Shown here piece by piece: positions 47,539 to 60,484 of a stretch of 64,000 nt of DNA; positions within the stretch are counted from its first letter, which is position 1; the number at the start of each line of letters is the position of its first letter. This stretch comes from Mayamaea pseudoterrestris. Taxonomy: Eukaryota. The stretch covers positions 1 to 64,000 of the forward strand of contig BROI01000021.1 in NCBI GenBank assembly GCA_027923505.1, given 5' to 3'. Both the position numbers and the translations under genes were made by a program. The notes below the pieces were generated by a model. It had not been told where the DNA came from. It made no database searches and saw only the letters and a list, made by a program, of their open reading frames with translations.

Positions 47539-47692
47539 TGACGCAGTTTTCACTGGCACTTGTTTCATGACGTAAGTAACCATCTGGTTTTCACTGGCAC
47601 TCGTTTCGAGGCTTTAATAAAACAGTAAGTTTTCACTGGCACTCGTTTCAAGGCGTAAGTAGACGGTGGGTTTTCAAGGGTACTTGATTCAA
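47539..47692. repeat. 42-bp minisatellite family, 4 cores in reverse orientation with diverged linkers
   Basis: GTTTTCACTGGCACTYGTTTC at 47546, 47587 and 47629, degenerate at 47670. Same core as 18525-18886. Confidence 0.85.
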
Positions 47693-47878
47693 GGCATAAC
47701 TGTACATTCGCACTGTGTTTCGACCGACGATGGGTCGTTTCGACGTCTCCACCATGGTTTCATCTCACATTCAGCGCCGTCTATGTCAGTCTGTTTACTA
47801 CTACAAGTAATTCTTGTCCTATAATCTTCTGAGTTTCATTACGAAAAAGCCAAATGAAATTTGAAATTGCAAACTGCA

Positions 47879-48718
47879 ATGCTCAATATATCCGGATCAT
47901 TTGCCAGATTCCATCCATCGCAAACATTGCGTACCTTTACTACCGGTAGACAAGCTATGAAATACGCATTCAGTCCGTCCGTTGTGCCTCATATACCGGT
48001 CCAAGGGAAGAGTTTCGAAACCGAAAATCTTGTCTTTCCGGTTCATCGCATCTATTGCGTCGCCAAGAATTACGCCGAGCACATTCGTGAAATGGGAGAC
48101 CATCCGACAATACAGTCTTCAGCAGTTTCCAGTCCAGTCTTCTTTACCAAGCCACCCGATGCGATTGTCCATGCGCCAAGTAGCAGCGATTCGACTCTAC
48201 CACGTACGACTATTCCTTACGCACTCGCCACTAAACAGCTTGATCACGAGATTGAACTCGTCCTCGCCATCGGCCGTTCTGGCATCAACATACCCGATTC
48301 AAAAGCACTTGAGTACGTTTATGGATATGCGGTTGGTGTCGACTTGACTCGGCGCGACCTTCAAGCGATTGCCAAGCGCAATAAACAACCTTGGGACGCG
48401 GCCAAGGCGTTTGACCAATCGGCTCCAATGGCAAGTATTTTGGCAAAGGCTTCCATGACGGACACGGAACATGAACACTTGCTGCAGTCAGCCAACATTT
48501 GGCTGAATGTGAACGAAACGCGTAAACAGCAAGGCAAACTATCGGATATGATTCATACGGTTCCCGAAATTGTTGCGGAAGCGTCGAAACTGTTTCACCT
48601 CCAACCAGGCGATTTGATTTTTACAGGCACACCAAGTGGTGTCGGACCATTAATCAAGGGTGATACAGTGACTGGAGGCATTGATGGATTACCTAGTATA
48701 GAGTTTACAATTGTTTAA
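47879..48718 (+). CDS. FAHD1: Fumarylacetoacetate-hydrolase family protein (FAHD1-like), probable mitochondrial presequence
   Basis: RIYCVAKNYAEH, FFTKP, HEIEL, DLTRRDLQ, WDAAKAFD, GDLIFTGTPSGVG. Confidence 0.9.
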   Translation: MLNISGSFARFHPSQTLRTFTTGRQAMKYAFSPSVVPHIPVQGKSFETENLVFPVHRIYCVAKNYAEHIREMGDHPTIQSSAVSSPVFFTKPPDAIVHAPSSSDSTLPRTTIPYALATKQLDHEIELVLAIGRSGINIPDSKALEYVYGYAVGVDLTRRDLQAIAKRNKQPWDAAKAFDQSAPMASILAKASMTDTEHEHLLQSANIWLNVNETRKQQGKLSDMIHTVPEIVAEASKLFHLQPGDLIFTGTPSGVGPLIKGDTVTGGIDGLPSIEFTIV

Positions 48719-48740
48719 ATAAGTTTGTATCTGGCCCTTG

Positions 48741-50606
48741 TCATTGAAGGGCTCCCTCAGCTTTTAGTTTTGCCATGAGTTGTTTCTGCGACGAAACATT
48801 GGCAAGCGTATTTGCTGCAATCGTCCCAGAGGCGGCAACTCCCGGTAGACCAATGCCAGGAAAACATGTATCCCCACAGGCTAGTAGATTCTTGATTTCC
48901 GTCTTGGCGCCGGCCAAGTTCCAAACGTCCTCGCCGGGCGCTGGCGCTGGTCCGTAGGTGCCTCGAAATCGTTGATTGTATCGACGGTGCGTCAATGGCG
49001 TCCCGACCATGGCAATGCTTCCTTTCCGCTTCGCTCGTTGTCGAACGTCAGGTATGACCTGTTCAATTGCTCGCCAAAGGACCTCCGCCTTTTCCATTTT
49101 AAGCTCGGCATATCCAGGACTTTTGACGTAGGAAGCCGCCGTACCTGAGTTTGGATTGCTGCCAACCTTTCCAGTCTCGACACCATCCGACAGGAACTCT
49201 TCCCACGGTGCGAAATTGTCGCAAGCAGCCGTGTAGGCATGGACAATGTGGTAGCCTTCCGGGGCAAGCGATGCATCAAAGACTGTCGGTATGCTAATGA
49301 TTACCATGTTCTGCTCAGCTGTCACGTCAATGCTCATATCCAAGACGGAGTGGTGGCACTCCAGCTCGTCAGAAAGACCGTCTTTTGGTATGCCAAGATG
49401 GAGATGCATGAACGAACCAGTCATGCACATTTCGCCCGCTCGTTGCTGCACTTGCTTTACCTTGGCGACACTTTGTTCGTCCAACGACGAAACCGAGTCA
49501 TTCAGTATTTTTGCCATGTTCCAAAGTGGAGCGTTACATACAACACCGCGTCTAGCTGTTATTATCTGACCATCTGATAGAACAACGCCGTTGCACTCGC
49601 CACTGTTTATGAGAAACTTTTCAACGCGTGCGTTCAGACGAAGCTTCCCCCCATGCTTGCTCAATCCATTCACTAAAGCCTGCGTCAAGGATCCCATTCC
49701 TCCCATCGGATAGTCCAAAATGGCTCCGGATTTGTGCAAGTCAGTCATCATATATGCGACTGGAGCTGCCTGCGTGTGCGCGGCATCCAATCCCGATAGC
49801 GCAAATGACAGGTAGTCGAACCACGTTCGAACAAATGAGTTTTCGAGCTTGTACATGTCCATTATAGCGCTAAAAGTTCCAGTCAAAAGGTTGCCTTTGG
49901 GTCCAATGCTAAGCAGTTTGAACATGTACTGAGACAAGGACGCGACTGCCCGAACATCACCTCGAAGAGCAAAGGGAGGAATATATGCGCTTGCTTCTGC
50001 GAGCCCGCCTTTCTCAAGTACTTTTGCTTTAAAATTAGTGAACGCTAACCGAGCTTTTGGCCCTGCTTTAGCTTCGATTGCCGTTTCAAACTCTGGGCCA
50101 TTTCCAGTGGTCACTTTGAAGCTCTTGCCGTCGGCCAAATCGTGAACAATCCAGCCGTCGTAGGTCTTCCAAGTCACGTCTTCGGCAGTTCCAACGGCAT
50201 CCAAAACTTGTCGCAATGGATTGGTTCCTTTGCTTGATAATCCTGATACGAGTGACGGACCAGAATCGAATCGAAAGGGTTTTGTTTTGGATGCCGATGT
50301 GTAGCGATCAAATGAATGAGCGACGCCTCCAGGCGTGTCGTGCGCCTCAACGCAAAGCGTTGAAAAGCCGTACTTTGCACAGAGAGCTGCACACGACAAG
50401 CCTCCAATGCCGGCACCAATAACAATTACGTCAATGGCCGACTGATTTTCATTGTTGTTGTCGATTGTGTCAAAGATTTTGGTAGAGGAAGATACAGATT
50501 GCCCTCGACTGCGATGAACGGCAAGCGGACTTGCGAATCCTTCCAAACTTACAAGTAATCCGATATAGCAAAGAATCAAGCCATTTCTAGTCGACATATC
50601 TCTCAT
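48741..50606 (-). CDS. Carotenoid isomerase (CRTISO)-like FAD oxidoreductase with a plastid-type leader
   Basis: VIGAGIGGL, FDSGPSL, SFMHLHLG, GTPLTH, GTYGPA, GDTCFPGIGLPGVAASG. Signal peptide ending EG-F. Confidence 0.88.
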   Translation of the reverse strand: MRDMSTRNGLILCYIGLLVSLEGFASPLAVHRSRGQSVSSSTKIFDTIDNNNENQSAIDVIVIGAGIGGLSCAALCAKYGFSTLCVEAHDTPGGVAHSFDRYTSASKTKPFRFDSGPSLVSGLSSKGTNPLRQVLDAVGTAEDVTWKTYDGWIVHDLADGKSFKVTTGNGPEFETAIEAKAGPKARLAFTNFKAKVLEKGGLAEASAYIPPFALRGDVRAVASLSQYMFKLLSIGPKGNLLTGTFSAIMDMYKLENSFVRTWFDYLSFALSGLDAAHTQAAPVAYMMTDLHKSGAILDYPMGGMGSLTQALVNGLSKHGGKLRLNARVEKFLINSGECNGVVLSDGQIITARRGVVCNAPLWNMAKILNDSVSSLDEQSVAKVKQVQQRAGEMCMTGSFMHLHLGIPKDGLSDELECHHSVLDMSIDVTAEQNMVIISIPTVFDASLAPEGYHIVHAYTAACDNFAPWEEFLSDGVETGKVGSNPNSGTAASYVKSPGYAELKMEKAEVLWRAIEQVIPDVRQRAKRKGSIAMVGTPLTHRRYNQRFRGTYGPAPAPGEDVWNLAGAKTEIKNLLACGDTCFPGIGLPGVAASGTIAANTLANVSSQKQLMAKLKAEGALQ

Positions 50607-51142
50607 GTTGGGTACTGTTTCTGACGAGAGTGATGCCTCTCGCGACGGATCGATGATCGATCCGTCGAGTCAAAAAGTGAGCATGATGTCATGGTCGGAC
50701 GAAGATCGTCGTCCAACTGACGTCATTTCCACGGTCAGCGCTAGCTATGCAACCTGAACCAACACAACCCTGTACCGTAGCGTGCACCGTGACAGACACG
50801 ATCAATAGAACATGATAGCGTGATCACGTAAAATTTTTTATGATATACATCAGCAGTAGTAAAGCTAGTGACATTGCACTTAGACACTGCCTGAACGAAG
50901 TCGGCGCGTACCGGTATCATACAGCACATCATCAATCTATCTCCTTCCCATCTCGCCTTGCGTGCCCTCATCCTTTTATGATGCCTCATCTAATTCGTCG
51001 TCAGTTTGCATACTCATCGACTCCTCTTCGCTTGCTGCTGCACTTGACGAGCGCCTCTGTTCAGAACTCACATTTTTACGCAGCTTCTTTATGGGCGACG
51101 AAGAGGAAGTCGAGCGCTCCCCTCGTCGACTTTTACTGTCAT

Positions 51143-54100
51143 TCACACTTTTTCCAAGAAATCCAAGTTCAAAACTTGCCCGAATCGTGAAGCTACAACC
51201 GTATCGGCCTTACGCCGTGACGCAGACAAATCTGTCGACGAAGCCAAAGATGAGTCGTCACCACTTACAAACGCTGGATCAACGACATCGGCAAAGGGAG
51301 CTCCATCGACCTGAACCACTTCGGGTGCCTCTTCGTGACCAGCCCTGACAGGTCCGGCCACTTCGGCAGCATCCACATTCATGACTTCGTCATCATCGCC
51401 AGGCTCAACCATATCCATTTGGATTGCAGGCGGAACAGCTGCCACTATTCCGGCATCGCGAATGAATTTCTTTATGTGTTGCATTGCTGCCACATGATCA
51501 TACACGAACGAAAGCAGATCCACCCTCAGACATCGCCAGCCGACGCGTGAAATGGCCTTTTGTTGCGTATACCCAAGTCGCCATTCTTGCTCCGTTTCGC
51601 AGTCACAGTCGACAAGTATTGCAACTCGCTCGTCCGATACCAGATCCTCAACACATAGCGCGTTTTTCCAAACGCCGTTCATGGCCGAAACTTTGTAGCC
51701 GTCCTTGTTTAATAGTTCTTTTAACAAAAGCTGGCCAATCTTTCGCGGCAAATCGTTGGCACGAGTGTCGTCGCGAGATGTCTGTAAGTTTGCGGTCGAC
51801 GCTGCCTGGAAGTACTCAATAATAGATACCTTTATGTCGTCTTGACATGCAATATCAGTCAACCCGATGCTTCTCACCAGCACGCAACGATCACGCGCTC
51901 TTGACAAGGCTACGTTAGCCCGCTGCGCGTGGAGTAGCTGATTTTGGCTTGGAACAGCTCCTTTGGAACAAACCATGCTCAAAAATACTATGTCGCGCTC
52001 CGCACCTTGAAAGGAGGGCGGATCACCGACCAAAATGGCGTGACGCGCCATCTTCTCAGGCCCAATAGCGTCTAAGAGGCGACCACGTATGAGGCGGCTC
52101 TGTTCGTCCCCCATTAGGCTTATAACGCCGATACTCCGAGGGTTTGTCGTATCATTCGTAAGCTCCGTGACCATCTCTACAATTTTCATCGCTTCCTTCT
52201 CATTCACCTTTCCGAACTTCGTTCCATTAGCCAGCCTGATGTCGATGACTGATGGATCTAAACGCTCGGTTCTCGTCGGAAGTCGCAAAGGAATGAGCCG
52301 ATTATCGTAGTATTGATGGTTGCTGAATGCAATGATTTCTTCAGCGCACCGAAAATGCTCACTAAGTACTACACGCCCCCGAGGAAAGGCCTGTGAACAC
52401 AGGTCGAAGAAGCTCTGCCCAGGCAGCAGCATATTTTCGAGTGGGGACTCGGGTAAAGCGGCGCGTAAACTGTCTAGTGAGTCCTCGGATATGAAACATT
52501 CGGTCGGCGACACTTGCCATCGCCAACGATAAGCCATTGCTTTCCACGAAGAAGTCCAGGAAGCACTGTGACGTCGCTTTGGCTAGACTCATCGACAATA
52601 ACCAGATCGAAAAGACATTCTTCTGGGGGAAGGTAGTCGCTTATCTGAGAAGTGGTCAGTATCCAGCATGGAATGTATCGACAGCATTGGTTGAATGCAT
52701 CAAGATATTCTTGTCGCCGTCGCCTTTGTCGCTGTGTCATATTCGATGGCTGAGAAGACCGATTAAATTTCGCCTTTCCAGCAATCTGCGCAAATTTAAC
52801 AAGCGCTGACTGCGCATTTGGAGTAAATGAACGACTTAACGCAGACACAACCGTTGCGTCAACCAATTCTTCCGCTAGATGCTGTATTTGTTGCGCAAGG
52901 CGACTTCGTTGGACATCCAACGCGCGACAATTGACCATAATCAATACATGATCATCTATTCTCAGTTGCAAAGCTAGTCGTTTTATCTTTACCGCTTGTC
53001 TGAGTTGAGCTTCAGTGCTGCGAACAGCACTTTGACTAGAAAAATTGATCGTCGGCCAGCCTTCCTGCTGAACCCGTGGTTTCCAATATCGCTTCGTGAA
53101 TCGACTGACTACTCGATAATGTTCCAATGCTCGTGCAACTGTCATCCATTCCTCTGTTGAAGTAGGCTTCACACCGTCGATCGTGATGTGTGATAACTCT
53201 CGTTCAAGCTGCTGTAAATGCTTCCCCATACCAGTCAAGATACCAACAAACGGAATGGACGCAATGTTTCCTTTCGCAATTAAAGAGATCGATGAGAATG
53301 TCTTTCCAGTCTTTGAACTTGCCAGTTGCACGAGCGCGCTAGTTGGCGAAAGTGGAAATCCATCCACAGTCAAGATGGGGTCGCTTTCCGGCAAGATCAA
53401 ATCGGAAACAAGCTTATGAAGCGCGACAAACTCTTGGAGCTGCCACTTGGAGATCACCCGCATCATCCAAGGTGCTTCGTCCAGCATTTCTTGCGATAGC
53501 TGAACAAGATCTCCACCATCTCGTCTGCCAATTAACAATCGAACATGCTGACTGTGCATCGCAATTTGAGCATCAATATCGAGCACTTCCTTCTTGAGAC
53601 GAGCAATGCTACGCTTCAGCAAAGCGCATTTTTCCATTTCGACGCTCACATTGGCACAAGACACCCGATTGGCGAGTCGCTCCACTGTTTGTTGAAGCTG
53701 TCGCATCCCCGTCAACTCACTCGTCGAAACATCAACGCACAAATCCCTCACGCTTGGCGGAAGCCGCTCTCGCAGCACAGACAAAGCAGGCGCATTCTTC
53801 GAAGTTGCCAACACACGCTTGCCTTGGCACAAATAGGCGCACATGATATTTGCAATTGAGTGCGTTTTGCCGGAACCTGGTGGACCCTCAACAACGCAAG
53901 CCGGATATTTCTTGTTCATGAGCAAATCGGCAATCTGATCCTGCGCGTCGGACGTTGGCAGTGGAAATAATGGTCTCTCTTGTGGTTTTACTTCCGATTG
54001 GATGGGTGATATCGTACTGTAAAACCAGCCAAACATCCCACTAGGCTTTGGTGGTAGGTGATGCGCTTCAAATCTGTCTTCAAAAGCGCCCGGTCCGTGC

Positions 54101-55311
54101 GTCAACGACCATGTCGCCAAGGGCAGCTGTGGGGCATTCGGCAACAACATCTTGTCGGCAAAAGCCGTGGCATCGCGGGCCCACACCGAGCTTGGTTTCG
54201 ATCTAGCAAACAGGCACCAGTTTTCCGACACGGTTAGTTGATCCTGTCGCGAAAGTAATTTGGTATCGCCGGTTGATGACGATCGGAAACTACCAGTAGG
54301 AGCAAGTTCCACTGCCATGCGCTTTAAGATGTAGGCATACGTCTCTGGCTGGCCCGGCGAAAGCACGAAGCAATCCATTTCCGCCACTGTTCGATGCAGC
54401 TGCGACAGCATGGCATGACTGTCAAACATGTTAGCAATCGCTGTCACGACGGGTCGATACAAGGAGACGCCGGTGTGCTCGCGAGGTCGAACGAGCAAGG
54501 CTCCATCCGAGGCAAGCTCAACTTCCACCATGACTTCCAGTAGTGGACCAGACACATACAAACCATTGCGTTCCACATGCGCATGCCCCAATCCCCAAAC
54601 CAACTCTTGGTTGTGATCTTGATGGAGCTGCGTCCATTCGAAAAGCGCATTGTAGATAGGCTCGAGTGTTGTTTGATACGCCTTCGTTCGCAAATGCACC
54701 AAATACTTGTCCAGAAATTTCTTTATGGTTGCTGAATCACGAGAGGAAAGCGTAGGGGGAGGCTTTGGAGCGTTTTTTAAATGATCAATTGTGAGTAGAC
54801 TCTTCATATGATCAACATGAGCTAGCTTCTTCCAGTCGTCAAGATATGTTTGCAAAGCCGACTGATGAGCCTGGTTGTTCGGAATTTCTGGCTGCATTAA
54901 GATTTGCGTATTTGTCAGGCGAGTGATCCGGAGCCAGCATGCCTTTTCTCTGAGCTCACTTTCACTACTGCTCGAGGTAAAGGTTGACTTGAGAGCTCCT
55001 GCTAGCGTTCGTTTGCGTGCCTTTTCGGATGCTGGTGCCGCATAAAACGAAAAAGGAGGACTGGTGAAGAACGGATTGTCACTGGTGCGTTGAATGAGTT
55101 GTCGAAAGTCGTTGATACTGAACAAGACTCCATTGTTGTCGTTCCCGCCGTCGTGTGACTGGAAGAAATCTGCTTCCGGAGGTGAGTTCTGCACAAAAGA
55201 ACTCTTACTGTTGTCCATTCCATTGCTCATTGTTTGATGCATGTTCGCAATGTAGCGAAGAATTTGCGCCATACGCTTGCGGTGCACGCTGCTCTCGGTC
55301 GATGCATCCAT
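51143..55311 (-). CDS. Upf1/DNA2-like SF1B helicase with a C-terminal restriction-endonuclease-like domain; frameshift at about 52515
   Basis: VEGPPGSGKT, IVDESSQ, VGDGK/QVSP split across two frames, LSEHFRC, FQGAERD, NVALSRAR, then QQKAISRVGWRCLRV (Vsr/MTES_1575-like tail). Confidence 0.85.
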
Positions 55312-55505
55312 TATCCTAATGCTCGTGAGATTTTAATGGAATGGATGCTTCGCACGTTCAACTGTGTGCATTCGAAGTTTTGTCATGGTGATCGTCTCGT
55401 GGCAATCCAAGGATATGTCGTACCGGTGCACGGGTAACGTTGCGACTAGTCAACAAAGGATTGACAGTGAATTGACAACCCCACACGCTGCGCTCGGCGA
55501 GTTGA

Positions 55506-57203
<1,698 letters not shown>

Positions 57204-57581
57204 ATTTCACTGTAGTTGTTGGAAAGTGCGACTATTGACAGTGAGACAGCAGCAAAGCTCGCGTCAAACGAATCATGCCAGACATGTCGGATGTGGCGAT
57301 GTGTAATGCTGTTGGGTTGGCAAATAAATCGTGGGTCGGCGACATGCCGCGGCAAGTGTGCACTAAGATTTAATTTTTATATATACTATTCTGTCTGCTA
57401 GTCTAGCTTAGCGAAAAAAATTATCAGTCTATTATTCATCATACGTTCCTGTCGATGTTCAGGGAATTACCGCCAGCAACACATAATGACTGCCTTCCAA
57501 TGAAGAACAAGCCCTTAACGTATTGTAATGAAGACTACTCGGTCGTCAATAATAGTCAAGTGACGAGTTGTGGCTTCGTTT

Positions 57582-59120
57582 CTATCCGTAATCCAGAAGA
57601 GGCTCATCTAAGCCATTGCTCTCTTCACCCCTGCCATCCACGCCATTGTCCACTGAAGTTGACATATCATACTCATTGTTGTCACTAAAAGTCTGCAACG
57701 TGACGTGATCCATTGGAATAAACATCACAATGATTGTACCAACCAGATACAAAATGGCGGCACATATCCACATAAATCCTGGTCCCAAGCGTGTATGTTG
57801 CGTCTGTCGATAAACGTACTCCAGGATAAGCGGACCAAGCGCATTGGCAATGGCGTTTGTCGCAAATAGTGCTCCCTGCACTTGGCCTTGCTCGTCAGCC
57901 GATGCCCCACGCGAGGCGGCAGAAGAAAGCAGAGGAAAATTGAGCTTGGTTAGCTGCGACATAATGAAAGCTAGCGTAATGCCATACTTTGTATTGGCAA
58001 TTCCGTACGCAAGATTGTGACAAACCCCGCATGCAAACGTTGCAACAAGGAGAGGCTTTTCGCCTAGCACTCTTATCAGTGGCTGCAGCAAACCTGCTTG
58101 GCAAAGTATACCAAAGACGCCAAGCACAAGAAACATCGGAGCTAGGTCATTTTCTTGAATGTTAAGTTGATTCTCAATATAGTATAGAACAAGAGTCGAG
58201 TCAGTGGCAAAGACCATTGCGCTAAAGAAGCTGGCCACCGTCAGTAATCGCAGCATGTGATTTCGATTCAAAATGGCCACGTTACGTATCGGTTGCGTCG
58301 CCGTCCGCCAAAGCCATGTGCATGATGCAGCTGGTAATGATGGGACAATTTCCTCGCTGTCATTGCCTGTTTCAAGAATCTGAATGGAAGTTGAATCTTC
58401 TTGTTGAACTTGCCGTAGTTGGTCATCCGTGAGCGTTTCCGGCAAAAAGAGCATACCGAGCAGCAAAGCAACGACCAAAATTCCAAAGGACAGAATTGAA
58501 GCATTAAGAGTTTCATTGAAATTAAGTGCCAAAGTCGGTCCAATGGCGAAACCGCCATAGTAACCCGCCATGAGGACACCAAAGGCTGGTCCACGAAAAT
58601 GTGTGGGAATAACATCCGAGAGTGCCGCAAAGACGAGACTGAGAGTACTGATGGATCCTGCCACGCTATTGGCCGCAAAGTACCAGAAGGGACTCATACT
58701 TGGAGTATGAACGAGCATGCAAAAGGCGAATGCCGGCAATACAGCAAGGATTAGCGACGCCAAGAGCAATGGTCTTCGACCACGAGCGTCACTGAGGGTC
58801 CCAATCACTGGACTGCAAAGCAAAAGCATGACGCACAGAACGAGATTACTCCAAGTTGAAGCATCCTGCGCATCATTTGCACCATTTTGACATGCTTGAG
58901 GTTTATCTTGCGAGTAGGAGTAGCAGAATGGTCCATTGTAGTCATGGAAAAGGCGAGCATAGCGATCAGCTGACACTGCTGGAGTAAGTGCAATCGTGAC
59001 GCCAATTCCTAGCGACAGTAGCGAAGTAATGACGAATAACTCTCTCGCTCCTTTGGATCTTGAGAATGTAGCAAGAAACTCCTGCTCAATAAGGCGGTGG
59101 TCGGCTTCTTCGGCCATCAT
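57582..59120 (-). CDS. MFS transporter (MFSD14/HIAT1 or tetracycline-efflux-like)
   Basis: Motif A GTLSDARGRRP, about 12 hydrophobic segments, LPETL, EQGQVQG. Confidence 0.9.
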   Translation of the reverse strand: MMAEEADHRLIEQEFLATFSRSKGARELFVITSLLSLGIGVTIALTPAVSADRYARLFHDYNGPFCYSYSQDKPQACQNGANDAQDASTWSNLVLCVMLLLCSPVIGTLSDARGRRPLLLASLILAVLPAFAFCMLVHTPSMSPFWYFAANSVAGSISTLSLVFAALSDVIPTHFRGPAFGVLMAGYYGGFAIGPTLALNFNETLNASILSFGILVVALLLGMLFLPETLTDDQLRQVQQEDSTSIQILETGNDSEEIVPSLPAASCTWLWRTATQPIRNVAILNRNHMLRLLTVASFFSAMVFATDSTLVLYYIENQLNIQENDLAPMFLVLGVFGILCQAGLLQPLIRVLGEKPLLVATFACGVCHNLAYGIANTKYGITLAFIMSQLTKLNFPLLSSAASRGASADEQGQVQGALFATNAIANALGPLILEYVYRQTQHTRLGPGFMWICAAILYLVGTIIVMFIPMDHVTLQTFSDNNEYDMSTSVDNGVDGRGEESNGLDEPLLDYG

Positions 59121-59187
59121 GGTGAATGGCAAAGTTCCGGTCGCGACAAAACTGAATATTTTGCAATGTACGAGTAAAAACAAAGCA

Positions 59188-59592
59188 ACAAGGCAATAAT
59201 GTGAAACGAGGGCCAGTGTCAATTACGTCACAAGGCAATAGCGCGAAACAAGTGCCAGTGTCAAATACGTCATGAGGCAATAGCGTGAAACAAGTGCCAG
59301 TGTCAAATACGTCATGAGGCAATAGCGTGAAACAAGTGCCAGTGTCAATTACGTCACTAGCACAAGTTTCGCACTGTGACGTAATTGACGCAGGCACTCG
59401 TTTCGCGCTATTGCCTCGTGACGCAGTTTTCACTGGCGTATGTTTCTCGTTATTGCCTAATGACGCAGTTTTCACTGGCACTTGTTTTATACTATTGCCT
59501 TATAACGTAATTGACACTGGCACTCGTTTCATACTATTGCCTTATGTTGCTATTGACACTGGCATTCGTTTCTTACTAAAGCCTCGTGACGT
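59188..59592. repeat. 42-bp minisatellite family in fold-back arrangement: 4 forward then 5 inverted units
   Basis: GCCAGTG cores at 59212, 59254, 59296 and 59338. Inverted cores at about 59393, 59433, 59475, 59517 and 59559. Axis at about 59367. Confidence 0.9.
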
Positions 59593-59897
59593 GTACATTT
59601 GGAATGTTTTCATTTATGATTGGCAAGGTCATCCCATTCCCGGGGCCACGCTTAGAAAGGCGCGCGCCAACCCTACGCACCTCCCATGTGACTCCAGTAC
59701 CACCAGTCCCGGCTTAGAAACTGAGTCGCGCAAGCCAGCCCGGCGCGACAATCATGAAAGCCAACCAGACAAAACGTCACTGGACTGTTGGTCCCACAGG
59801 GACTCCCAGTAAGATAACCAGTGAGACTATTACAAGACAACACTCACAGCCGCACGTTGGCATCTCGTGCGTTGCGCAACGACAACAACAACACCAA

Positions 59898-60201
59898 CAC
59901 CAACATTATCCAACACTCCAACACACTGCTACACTGCTTCCTTCCAGTTACCATATGCATACCGAAGAGGACTCTTAGCTTTTGGTTTATCCACTGCCAG
60001 GAACGAGCCGGGTGCTATGCGTTTGGTACAGGATATGTTTGCGTGCGGCAACGACGACAATGAAGACGACAACGACGACACCAACATTATCCAAAACACT
60101 GCTACACTGCTTCCTTCCAGTTACCAAATGCATACCAAAGAGGACTCTTAGCTTTTGGTTTATCCACTGCCAGGAACGAGCCGGGTGCTATGCGTTTGGT
60201 A
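59898..60201. repeat. About 125-bp direct repeat, two copies (59898-60028 and 60079-60201)
   Basis: CACCAACATTATCCAA...GAACGAGCCGGGTGCTATGCGTTTGGTA is duplicated, each copy preceded by a CAA/CGA microsatellite-like tract. Confidence 0.88.
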
Positions 60202-60484
60202 TCTGTCATGCGACGTAATGCGATCAAATCCATTTGATTCCTTCCTGCAGTCGATCCATCAATGCTTCTCCTCGCTCCTTGCTTTCAACTCTTAATTCTT
60301 GGAGGTCATGTGTTTGATCATATTTAATAATTATTGTAAGTTTGCTTGACCTGCGCTTACGTTGTTAATGTTGTTTGCGCTTGCGACTTGCTAACAAATG
60401 ATTTGTCACTGTTTTACAGCTAGCAAGAAACACTTTTTATCACATAATGGCCTTGCGCATTAACTTAATGGCACAGTAGTTACC

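Noticed and set aside
47539..47692. CRISPR array (core plus variable spacers)
   Set aside because: Eukaryotic context, no cas genes, and the same core occurs elsewhere as a plain minisatellite.
59086..59812. ORFs of 131 and 161 aa, and the N-terminal extension of the MFS ORF
   Set aside because: Translations of the 42-bp repeat, which stays in frame because the unit is a multiple of 3.
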